From Marsupella aquatica (lineage: Eukaryota; Plantae; Marchantiophyta), in contig OZ316894.1 of assembly GCA_973895155.1 (NCBI GenBank), forward strand, positions 15,244,699 to 15,308,698: 64,000 bases of DNA, written 5' to 3'. A program made the position numbers and the translations under genes. The notes below the pieces were generated by a model, which worked only from the letters and a program-made list of their open reading frames with translations, ran no database searches and was not told the origin of the DNA. The stretch's first letter is position 1. Every line of letters begins with the position of its first letter. This document shows, in pieces, positions 53,101 through 64,000 of the stretch.

Positions 53101-54170
53101 TCTATTGTTTGATAGTAGATCAAACAAAATCAAATCTTTGGTTGGCTATGTAGATTTTGACTACGGAGACTGTCTGGAAACAAGGAGGTCAACAACTGGG
53201 TATGTATTTACTCTTGGAGGTGGATGTATAAGTTGGAGGTTTACCTTGCAGAAGTGTGTATCTTAGTCTACTACAAAAGCAGAGTATGTTGCAGTAGCAG
53301 AAGCAATAAATGAGGCAATTTGGTTGGATAGGTTGGTCACTGAGATGGGATTGGAGCATGGAAAAATGGCTCTTCATTGCGAGCTTCATTGTGATAGTCA
53401 GAGTGCGTTTCACCTAGCTATTAACCAGGTAATGGATAGAAAGGTGAAGCACATTGACATCAGATACCATTTTATTAGGCAAACATTATTTGATAAAATG
53501 TTTGAGCTAGTCAAGATTGATTGAAAGCTCAACCCGACTAATACTTTTACCAAAGTGATTCCTTTGGAGAGTTACTCAAGACACCGTGCTACTTTGCAAG
53601 TTTTGCATTTGCAGCACTAGTAGAGTAACTCTCGAAGTAATTTAACAATATGTAATTTATGTATATGGGTTACTCAATCCTATTATGGCTACGGCTTAAT
53701 TCTAGTTAACCCTTAGTTAATCTTACATGGTTTTTAGGGGGACACCTATGGTTTTAGGTGATTGTCTAGAATTTCCCATTGAGTATCCCATATGGATAGT
53801 AGAAATTGCAGTCCCCAAGACTAGAGTCAAGGGAGAGTTTGTTAAGGATTGCTCATAGTCTTGTGACTCATAGGTTACAACAAATAGTCTAACCATAGTT
53901 AGGGACTTAGCTGAGGTTAGGTTAGTCACGTGTGACCTTGCATATACCAGGGCTAGTGTAAGCCGCTGGGATATAGAGCTTACTCATTGTAACGGAGCAA
54001 CTTGAGCAAGAGAGAGAGCTTGTGTGTTTGACTACTCTGAAGTAAAGTAGGAGTGTTTGTGTGGATGTAGCCTTGGAGAAGAGATGAACCATGTATGGAT
54101 TGTGTCAACTACGTGAGCATGGTATGAGTCATGATCGTATCGTCATGAAGGAAGACATCATAGTTCAACA
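50200..54170 (+). mobile_element. 5'-truncated copia element C (degenerate pol, PPT, 3' LTR 53840-54170)
   Basis: LRSDNGGEY, LYVDDML, RRSTTGYVF, KHIDIRYHFIR; AAGGGAGAG PPT, then TGTT...AACA LTR related to but diverged from LTR B. Confidence 0.88.
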
Positions 54171-54589
54171 CTACTATCCATTAGAGGTCCAAGAGGTATA
54201 TACATATGGTGGTAGTTATGGTAACTATCTCTTCCCTAAACTATAGATGTTAATCTAAACCATTGGTTATAACAAGTTGAACCTTATCGAAAACCCATTC
54301 AATTCAACTTCAGAAGGTTGATGTTTAGAGGACAAAATATTTGAGTAGGATGAGGATGCAATCTTAGCCAATTCCTCCCATTCACCCTGCACCATGTTCT
54401 CCACATCATACACCTTTAATCTCATTGATTGAAGCCCTTTCTTTGAAGGAATTGAATTGTAACTGAGAACACCGATCTCCCTGAAGCGTCCATTTTTTAC
54501 GTAATGCCTCCTACATCCATTTCATCTTTCCTTCTTTGACCTCTTTCAGCCGATGGTGACAGTCTAAGAGTTAAGCAACATTCTGTCAA

Positions 54590-57050
54590 CATTCTCTGGA
54601 TCCAATTCTAGAGCTACTTGTGCCAATGAAAGTAACTTTTTCAGGGACAAGACATGACACTCTGATCATAGCTTGTTGTTTACCCCAAGCACGATCTAGA
54701 TTGGTAGCCCTCTTCAAACATACCTCCAAAACTTTATCTGGAGGAAGCTTTTTACGCATCAGTTTGGTATACTCCGTTATGAATAATTCAGACATTCGCT
54801 GTCGAAAGCTCAAGACAAAAAAATGCGCTGATGAATTCATAATGACCCGTGATGGATAGGATTTGTGAATGCTAGCAATACAACTGATGCTCAGAGGATG
54901 GTGGTCAAACATATATTGTGCTGATATAATCTTAGATATCATTGAGAACTCCAGGCTTGATGACTCTACAGGCGCATAGCATCTATCAAGACATCTGTAA
55001 ATACGTATTGCCTCTGGCAACAAGCTAGTCGAGCGTCTGTTGCACCAGGAAAAACGTAATTGACCATGATATCTTATAATCAGACCACCCCATTCGTCTT
55101 TTAAGGTGATCCCATGCTCTTTTCTCCCTACCAGTGTGGGCGCCCACCAGCTTGATCTTGTAAGTTATCCACCATTAATATTGAAATCACCAGTAATAAT
55201 CCATGCCAAATCATTCCTTACTTCGCAGAAAATTTTCCCCCAAAGGAGTGTTTGATCCCTCTCACCATCCTGCCCCGTAGGAGCATATACATTAAAGACC
55301 CCGAACTCTCCTAACTTAGGATGCTTAAAGGTGCACCACATGCCTTGTCCACTTGGGAGGAAACCAACTTGGCATATAGATGACCTCATCCTGGGAGCCA
55401 CAACCACGAACAGCCCACCTTTACCTGAGTCAGCTTCAGGATCCCAAAAAGCAATGGCTCCATCATTGGCTGGACTGCAAAAGAATTCGGCCTCTTTCCA
55501 AACCTGATATGATAGCATCTTTAATCTCCCTACCCGCAAGTGATGCTCTTAGCCACATAAAATATCTATTCCAGGTGATGACTCCCAAATAAAGTGTCTA
55601 ATTTTGGATATATCCTATCCATCCCACACAATTACTAGACATTATGGGATATGATATGCAACTTCATTGCAAAACAAGGTCTCCCAAGTAATGCCAGCAG
55701 ATAAGAAATTATAGGCTGAGCAGCCATGCCCTGACACCTAAAGTAGGTGTAATATTCTCCAAAGGAATCGGTGTGTTAACAACACCCTATGTCCTAACCG
55801 ACACTATAGTCTCTGCCACCTGACCACCATCTTCGATCATAGGTATCTTAATCAAGTCACGACGGATCTTGTTTGGTGAGTCACAATCAGACCCCAACCC
55901 TGAAACACCACCACGCCTTTTCCTGGGAGAATTTTTGAATTCCAAACTAGGGAGCAACGAAGGTTTAGGGGATCCCAAAGAACTTGGTATCACAATGTCC
56001 TTCTTAGAAACAGGAGCAAAGGGAGCTTTACGACTTTGAAGTGTAAGCGCAATAAGGTTATGCCACTCTTCTAGCCCCGATAGTTGCAAGTGGTCAAGAA
56101 AAGCAACTGAGAATATCTTTCTCCAAAGGAGAACTCGTATCCCCAGATGAAGGGGGAATCACCCCAATTTTAGGCCACGAAATCTTTATCAAAGGCAATC
56201 TCACTAGTTTCGATGATTCCCTTTTTTATCAACCCTAGTGCACTAAAACCTTCAAATTACCTTTCCAAATATCTGAAACAGGAGATCTAGAACGAAGAAC
56301 ACCAACAGATTTGCCTTAACAATCTGTAGTGTTACTAAGTGCTTAAAGCAATCGGATGTTCAGGATCAAATTCCAGATAGGGGAGCATTAACTGCCACCA
56401 ATCTGTCTTCAATCAGAAGAGCCTTGGATTTAGATTTGCAAGATTCGCCTGATCCTTCTTATGTTCAGCCAGTATGAGAGGAGATGACGTGACCAAAGCC
56501 TTAGCTGTCTGATCCGGGTGCACGTGTACTACTGTAACAACAAACAGCGCATTCACTAGAGGCTCCATTATCTCTAGCCTGTGGGAATTTTGTAGATTAT
56601 AAAGATCAACCCACTCTTCTGCTTGACAAATGTTCACAACCCCTTCAAAGCACAGAACTACTTTATCCTAATAGAAATTCTGTTGCAACGATTCGAAAAC
56701 CTCCAGCGGTAGCGTTGCACTAATAAACTCTTGTTGTATGGGTATCCCAGATTCTCTCGCAGAGAAATCTGCCGCCCGCTTGCCTCTGTTGGTCCAATCC
56801 AGAGATGTATCTCCCCGGCTCTCAGCTTTCCACGGACGTCTACAGATATCTTCCCTATTCCACTCCTTAAGATTGTAGTTACTAGATTGCTTACGTGATC
56901 AATTTGGTCTCCCCTCTTCCGCTTCCCGTGTCTTATTGCTTCTGCAATCCATTATAGAATGATCCCCTTCGCATCCGCAATGGAGAATACAAAACAGACT
57001 GCATTCCCTCAGTCCAAAGATAGTCCCGAGCGAGCAACATCTAGTCCATG
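54590..57050 (-). mobile_element. Degenerate L1-like LINE remnant (ORF1 region and APE)
   Basis: FNVYAPT and WIITGDFN in 55165-55539; adjacent SRLDR-like motif; boundaries approximate. Confidence 0.6.
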
Positions 57051-57757
57051 GATACAAGAGATTCAGAAGCACAGGATCACCGCTCCATATTTACATCAGT
57101 AGAAAATGGTGAGTTGTCAACAAAGAACAGAAACCACCACAACACTCCTACATCCGCATTTTTACAAAGAAAACTTTTCTCTAATGGAAACGCTCCACCG
57201 AGCACAGCCCCCACTAAATTCAAAATTTTGAATATGGGGCCAAATGCGCTGCTCCACCAAACACAACCCCCGCCAAATTAAAATTTTTGAATACGGGGCC
57301 AAATGCACCATCAAAAATCACCCAGAATTACACAGCTCAATCTACCATTCCGGTACTTCCCACACAAAGTAAACAAAGTCCTGAAAGCAGGAAAAAATCT
57401 TAATCGTCCAGCTTCGCCAAAATTAGCAGGACCTTGTCCACGCCAGTCCCAGTTAATTTTTCCCGGTCAAATGTCAATTTTCGTCAATTGCAGTGTATTA
57501 AACAAAACTTTTTCGCAGAGTAAATAGACGGATCAATTTGTCTGTTTTCAAATATTTTGCATACGAATCAGGGGATGGTCAGAATTTGAATTGACATGGT
57601 TAAGTTTGTGTGTTTCAATTATGTTGTATTGGAGGAACAATGGGTAGTCAGCATTGAAATTGCGGAGAATTCCTTGTCAAAGGATGGCGGAGAGCTTAAA
57701 GGTTGCGAACGGGCTGCCGACTTTTGGCCTGAAAAGCTTTAGGTCTTTGTTTTGTAG

Positions 57758-57958
57758 GACAGTATTTCAATATTGTGGTGGCCGACAAAACAAACTGCCC
57801 TTGGGGACCTGCCTTTGGACGGCAGGACGCTGGGACATTGTATAGAAACTAGTAGATGACAGTATTCCAATAATGTGGTGACCGACAAAATAAAGTCGGA
57901 TTGGAGATTTGCCTATGGTCGGCAGGACGCTGGGACATTGTATAGAAACTAGTAGATA
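57758..57958. repeat. 2 x 100-bp tandem duplication
   Basis: GACAGTATT...GGCAGGACGCTGGGACATTGTATAGAAACTAGTAGAT occurs twice. Confidence 0.85.
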
Positions 57959-58899
57959 AATGCGTACAGTTCAGAGATATGCGGATTGTGGGTAAGAGTT
58001 TCACTTGCCGCTCAATTTTCACAGTATGATGCATTTCAATTTATCAAAATTGCAGATATGCAGACAAAAATTATAGCATATTGAATTGCGTTCTGGAAAT
58101 TTAATAATGTACAATGCTATGTACAATGAATGATATATCAAACAAAATGAATTTGCTGAACAGTACTACATGTTCTTTTATAAGTGAGCAAATTAGGAAT
58201 TCCTAAATGTCGAGCGTTATTGTACTTCTCTACAAGCCAGCAGATGCGGTGGTGAACACATTATGATATTCGGACATCAACATAAAGAATCTCGTTAGAA
58301 ACCGTCACCTATTGTCACTGTGTTAAACACAATGCCTGGAGATCATGGGTTGTGTCTAGGGGTCGAATGGGATTGATAATATGTGTCGACAACGCACTCT
58401 ATGAGCTCTCACAAATTACCATGAACCCGAGCAAGTTCAAAGAAAGATTCTTCTCCTCTAAGAATTTTAGGCGACGAGCTCCGAAGCCTGAAATGCATGT
58501 GCGGTCGGCATAGTTATTCTGTATCCGGACGAACAACTCTGCCCATGTTGCTTGTAACCGGTGGTTGCTTGTAACCGGACGAACAACTCTGCCTGTGGTT
58601 GATTGTAAGTGGTCGTGGATATCAAGCCTCTCAACGGACTGCATAATTACATAACCCACCTTGCCGTTGATTTGAATGCGGTGGCAGTGGTAGAGGATGG
58701 GAAGACTTAATGGACAGCCTGATTGAGAGTTGCAACTCTTGCATCATGAGCTCTCGCGCGTCCTGCGGCACCATTACTGTGTGCTGCAGCTTCTTGCTGC
58801 ACTCTTCGTTCTGTACAAACAAAATGTCATCCATGAGTGTTGCAATTTTCAATTATCTGTCCGAGAAAATCTGTAGAGCATAGTAGGGAGCAACTTCAG

Positions 58900-59226
58900 A
58901 CGGTATTCTCTAAATTGTACTATATACTTCATGATAGATTCAAATCTCAATCAATTTCATCCAATATGAAGAGCATGGTATTCTACTATATACTTCATGA
59001 TAGATTCAAATCTCAATTAACTTCATCCAATATGAAGAGCATAGTACGGAGCAACTTCAACTTCATCCGAACCAATTCTGAGTGGGGTTAGCGTCTCATT
59101 CAACGTGTGATTCACGATTTGAATTAACTTCATCCAATATGAAGAGCATAGTACGGAGCAACTTCAACTTCATCCGAACCAATTCTGAGTGGGGTTAGCG
59201 TCTCATTCAACGTGTGATTCACGATC
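58900..59226. repeat. Overlapping tandem duplications (~65 bp and ~107 bp period)
   Basis: AATTAACTTCATCCAATATGAAGAGCATAGTACGG...GTGATTCACGAT repeated essentially exactly. Confidence 0.9.
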
Positions 59227-59253
59227 GAAATTGTTATTTTGCAGAGTGGAAAT

Positions 59254-59595
59254 TCATAACAGTTCGCTACCTTTCGCAGCAGCTTTCTTCTGGATTTCGG
59301 CGTCTTTGGCAGCTTTGCGGCGAATTGGATGCAGAGGATGTGTGCAGGAAAATGCCCCATAGCTCACGGAAGCCCCCCACCGGGTAAACTTCTCTGTCAT
59401 CCGTGCACGCGCTACGCCCCATCGCTCACCGCTCTTAGTACTCCATTCTGTCAGTTTGGTGGCGGGCTTCTGTGCCTCATTCTTCGCGAGGGCGCCGGGA
59501 CCGCTGCTTGCTCTTTTCCTCCCAAATCGACGGCCACCGGTTGTTGTGGTAGCTCCGGCCGGGGCCGTGGTGGTTCCTGTGGCGTATGTTGACAT
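59254..59595 (-). CDS. Small basic hydrophilic protein (113 aa), LEA-like candidate
   Basis: GC-rich ORF rich in A/T/G/K/R; upstream TATA box and ABRE cluster. Confidence 0.6.
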   Translation of the reverse strand: MSTYATGTTTAPAGATTTTGGRRFGRKRASSGPGALAKNEAQKPATKLTEWSTKSGERWGVARARMTEKFTRWGASVSYGAFSCTHPLHPIRRKAAKDAEIQKKAAAKGSELL

Positions 59596-59807
59596 TCTTG
59601 ACAGATTCAACTATTCAAGGACACTTTAAAGAATGGATCTACAGATGGGAAACGTCGAAAAGCCTCAGTAATCAGTGACACAGGTTGTGCAAGTCAATCT
59701 GAGAGACAGTGACAGCAATCCGGTTATGCTTCAAATCCAGGATAGAAGAGGTAGAAACGAGTTAAGTGAGCAACTCTGATGATGTTGTCGCCGGCAAGAG
59801 GTGATTG

Positions 59808-60282
59808 ATTTATATTCAGAGCATCGCACTAATAGAAGCTGCACCAGCCTGACAGAGATTAATTGCAACGTGGCATACCCAGAGCATGACACCAATAAAG
59901 GCTGCACCAGCGTGACCGAGATTTGATGAAACGTGGCATACCCAAGAATAACATGCGCCGCAAGAGGTCTTAGTCCAAATTTTGAGGCACTAGCTAGAGT
60001 GCCACGAGTATGTTTCCAAAGAGGAACGACACGAAAAGTAAGCGATTCGACATTATTTATCTTCCAACGATTTGTTGCATGTGACACGTTAACACTGAAG
60101 AATTGATTTTATAAAGAAGTTTCGAACGTGTGTCCCAACGAGAATGAAGCTCCACTCCGGCCAAGGCGATGATTGGAGAATTAGTGGATATGAATGAGAG
60201 CATTTTTCGAGGTCTGACTTCCTTTTACTGTGCTGTTTATGTCTAGTAGGATTTTGCAAGTCGCTATGCATCTGGACGTGGC
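59808..60282 (-). promoter_or_regulatory. Putative ABA-responsive promoter
   Basis: TATAAAT on the minus strand at 59808-59814; ACGTGGC at 59868, 59931 and 60276; GACACGT at 60083. Confidence 0.55.
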
Positions 60283-62515
60283 TTCGTATGAGAGCGGCAC
60301 GCATTCGACCGAAACGGGATGATTGACACGCAAGACCAGCAGGAAAAACTTGTGAGTTCTTTTCTTCCCCATAATGTTGGAGGGCCTATCGCTGAGCTGG
60401 TTCCTACTTTTTCCCTGTTCTTGCTCCGGTACAATCTTATCAAAATTCTACCCCACCTGTTAAGTGGCAGGTTGGTCGTTTTCCTGGGCCAACAAGGAGT
60501 ATCGGGGTCATTGAACGCTTACTTAGTCAACCTCAAATAATGTTTCCAGACCATGAAAATTCATGGCGACCGAATGCACACACAACCAAAACCGTTGTGA
60601 TGTGTAATTTCAGGGAATCAATCAAGGTGCAAGAAGTTTATAATTTTTTTAGGGTTGCATTGGACATGAAATGATGAGACATCTTTACCAGTTCCCTAGG
60701 GTTGGAGAGGGAACTTATTTTGCTAGACTTTCACTAGTCCATATGGACATAGTAAACTTAGCTTCGTAAATAGTTTCAAAATTTCAGATTGCATAATTTA
60801 ATCATAAATACTTTCACTTATTCCATACCGGAAGGAATCCAGGTGTTTTAGACATGAATCACACACATTTTTGGTATTGTTACACTTACCATGCATAGCG
60901 CCACACCCTTGGAATGCTTGTGTGCTCATGTGTTGTTTTTTGGGTATTTAAATGGCAGCCCCTGGTAGGAGGGGGGAGGGGGAGGGAAACTTAGTCAAGT
61001 GTTGTTTGGAGATTAGCATTTAGCAAGAATAGGGAATCAATCTGGAGTAGTGAGGTAAGGAGGTGCTCATTGTCCCGTAAGACAAGAATTGGGTAGACAC
61101 CGGTAGGAGGTTGGGTTGCCCATGCAATGTGTGACGTTGGCCACCAAAAGGTATGAATTTGGTTGATTCCTTAGAATCATTTATTAGAGAAACTTGCACG
61201 GTTTGGTCGGTCCCTATGAGTGAGAGTGGTGATAGCACTCGATCTGCCGAATGCCAGTAGGAGTATGAACATGACAGTCCAAAAGATTTTATCAAAAGCA
61301 CATAACACGGGTATAGTCAGTAGACTTGATAAAAACTACATTTCCAAGAGTGAACAAATCTACTCATCCTTAGTAGGAAATTAATCCAAACAACATCCCT
61401 CTACGTCCCTATCATACGATGCAAACAATTATTAGTAGAAGAAAAGTGGTATGTGTTATGTTAATTGTTTGATAAGTAGGTGAAAAAAAGAATGTTTTTG
61501 TATTCAAAAATATATTTAAAATTTTGTCAAAATAGTATAATAAAAGGTACAAGGGTTTCTCTAATTGGATTTATTTTAAAATTTATTTTCAAAAAAAGTA
61601 TTGGTTTGTTCTCACATTTGTTAGGGGATTAACACTAAGTGTATTCCAAGGGCGTCTGCCCCCGCCATCGAAGAGGGTCCCAGTTGCTCAAGGAACTTGT
61701 TAACACAAGAGGAAGTTGATGTTCTCCATGATAATGGATTGAATGTGGTTTATGCCATCATTCCCGGTAATTCAGTGATCAATCCCGATGATGTAATTGT
61801 GGACTTGAATAGTTACCTTAAGAGGATGGATCTATTGAAGCCTGATGTCAAGCTGTGTCGGCGCAACGGATGCTACGGCAAAGGAGATCAATTGTCATGG
61901 CAAATGCAAATAAACATATTGCAAGTGCAAAATCCAAGTTCATGAGATTCACTTCCATGACAAGAATTGAAGAAGGGAATGCAACCGGCTCAAGAGTGGT
62001 ACTTTCCAACACTCATCACGATTGCAATTAAGTTCACTGCGTATAGATATGTGTGTTCTCAACTTGCTCTTGTCAATATTTCATCACTAGAAGATACTGC
62101 TTCCCTTGCAAACACTTGTATTGGTGCTTTCAAAATATTTTGTGGACGAGATCTGGAGAGCGACCAAGAGATCCACCAGCCAATCTTGACCCTTAGCAAG
62201 GTTCAAAAATTGGTGTTAAATGTATTAGGGTCAGGGTGAATGCACCATATGATATTTAGGGTTAAGGGTTAAGGGCAAAGATGCATTGTAGATGTTCACA
62301 GGGCTCTCAGGATGCGTTGGTAGCATTGCGTTTTAGATATTGTTTAGTGGGCAGATAGATCTTATTTTGTATCCTTTCAAAATAATATATTCCAAATTCC
62401 AAATGATGTTATCAAATCTTGAAGACACTCTTCAAGATTTTGGCCAAACTCCAAGCCAACCTTAGAGGGGCTCTCCAAGATTTTGACCCAATTCCAACCC
62501 AATCTTGGATAGCCT

Positions 62516-64000
62516 TGTCGTGCGCATACACATCGCTATACAACATACATCGCTTGTCACATACATCCAAACATAGTCACACTGCCACATCACAAACACA
62601 AGAGAATGGAATACAAGTGGAACTCATGTCCACACATGTCCAAAACCCACAATCGCCCCCCTAGCTAGGAGTAAGGTCCCCTAACTCTAGCTAGCCATGA
62701 GTTCTACAAGGTTGATATACACCTTTTTAGGTGTGAAGATCAGGAGGCCGGGTGCAAGTGAGCCCCATCGATCACCTACCTGCAATCCATATCTGCCAAG
62801 AGAACACAAATGATAACTAGTCGGCTTCACCGACACTGAGGACACAACCATGATTCACTAGGAATCACCTGCAATGGTGGTGTCAAACATGACATGTGCC
62901 ATCCTCTAGAACACTTATCACAAATCAACATAGTAGCTGCTCCCTGAGCAGATCCACACAACATACATTTCAAGCCAGCACGAACATGTGCCAAGCTTGG
63001 ATATACTGTACCATCAATGTTGGGAAGGTGACATGGTGCACAGTTGCGCTCATGGTCCTTCCAAACCATACCATCGCATCCCTCCAACATTAGGACACCA
63101 GAAGGCAACACTTCACGCACACGTAAGATTGTCCGGTCTGCAGTCACATCAAGTGTCGTGGGTGCTGTCTGCTACAAATAAACATAATCACCAGGATAAA
63201 ATCGTCGAATGCTTGCACAGTAACCTCCTCCACGAATAGTGGCATACCTCAAAATATCACGATGTTGGGCAATGGCAAGGTTATCAAAAGCCATGGGCAT
63301 CACTCTCTGAAATACCCGTGCTCTCTCTGAACACACCTTGACCCAAACATCAGGATCATCCAAGTTCACAACTGGTGCAGCATCACGATGAATAGCTGCT
63401 GGCAAATCTGGCTCTCTACCATAGAGCAAAAAGTAAGGTGAGAAGGATGCAAGTGATGCTTGTCGACTGAAACGGTAGCCCATAGCTAACCAAGGTAGCT
63501 GGAGATCCCAATCTCCCAAATGACCAACCTGCAAGCCATACTTACGCAATCCTCTCTTCACAGTTTGCACAACTCTCTCAGCTAATCCATCTGCCTCAAG
63601 ATGATCACGAGAGGTAGTACGATGATCAATCAGAGCTTGCTCACACAAATTCCACTCCACGGAACTGAGTTCCCTGATCAGTCAATACCTCAGCTGGTGC
63701 TCCAAAATGACTGAGTACACGATCCAAAAATGTAGCAGCAACTCCTCCACTGGCTTTATCTGGCAATGCCACTAGCTCAATCCACTTGGAGAAGTGCTCC
63801 ACCATGACCAAAACATATCGATTATGACGTTGGGTAAGAGGTAATGGACCAGCAAAATCCAAACTCCAACGATATCCCAAACCCATGATCGGCAACGGGT
63901 GCAACTGGGGAGTGGGAGCATTAAATGATGCTCTCACTCTATCACATACCACACACTTAGCTATCAACTGCTGGACATGAGTGTGCATACCACGTCACCA
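62516..64000 (-). mobile_element. PHD-finger gypsy element, copy 2 (integrase core, PHD 62833-62967, LTR 62516-62651)
   Basis: CVVC, WSLDFAGP, TDQGTQF, ADGLAER, C4HC3 finger; same LTR boundaries as copy 1. Confidence 0.9.

Noticed and set aside
61697-62239. Two short ORFs
   Set aside because: No recognisable domain or gene structure.
62255-62275. Telomere-like TTAGGG/TTAAGGG run
   Set aside because: Only about three degenerate units; not an interstitial telomere array.

Overview
Eukaryotic, TE-dense land-plant DNA, probably a non-seed plant such as a liverwort (inference from gene and TE content). Host genes: a 4-exon NPH3 orthologue (38449-42289, ending WRNSIS, with an unusual His-rich tail) and a small basic LEA-like ORF (59254-59595, minus) below a TATA box and several ABREs. 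Most of the remainder is nested mobile DNA: the right part of a CACTA element with an F-box-like ORF; a 3.9-kb TIR element with 11 x 116-bp palindromic repeats; Athila/Tat-like gypsy copies; a rearranged RTEX-like LINE with outward-facing (CATTAC)n tails at both ends; two PHD-finger gypsy copies with ~135-bp LTRs; a composite Helitron; a MULE-MITE; nested copia elements; and an L1 remnant. Top finding: the gypsy family appears to have a ~4.67-kb LTR (26234-30903; second copy 10181-14840) that itself contains a ~1100-codon accessory gene. All comparisons were done by eye; no database searches were run.
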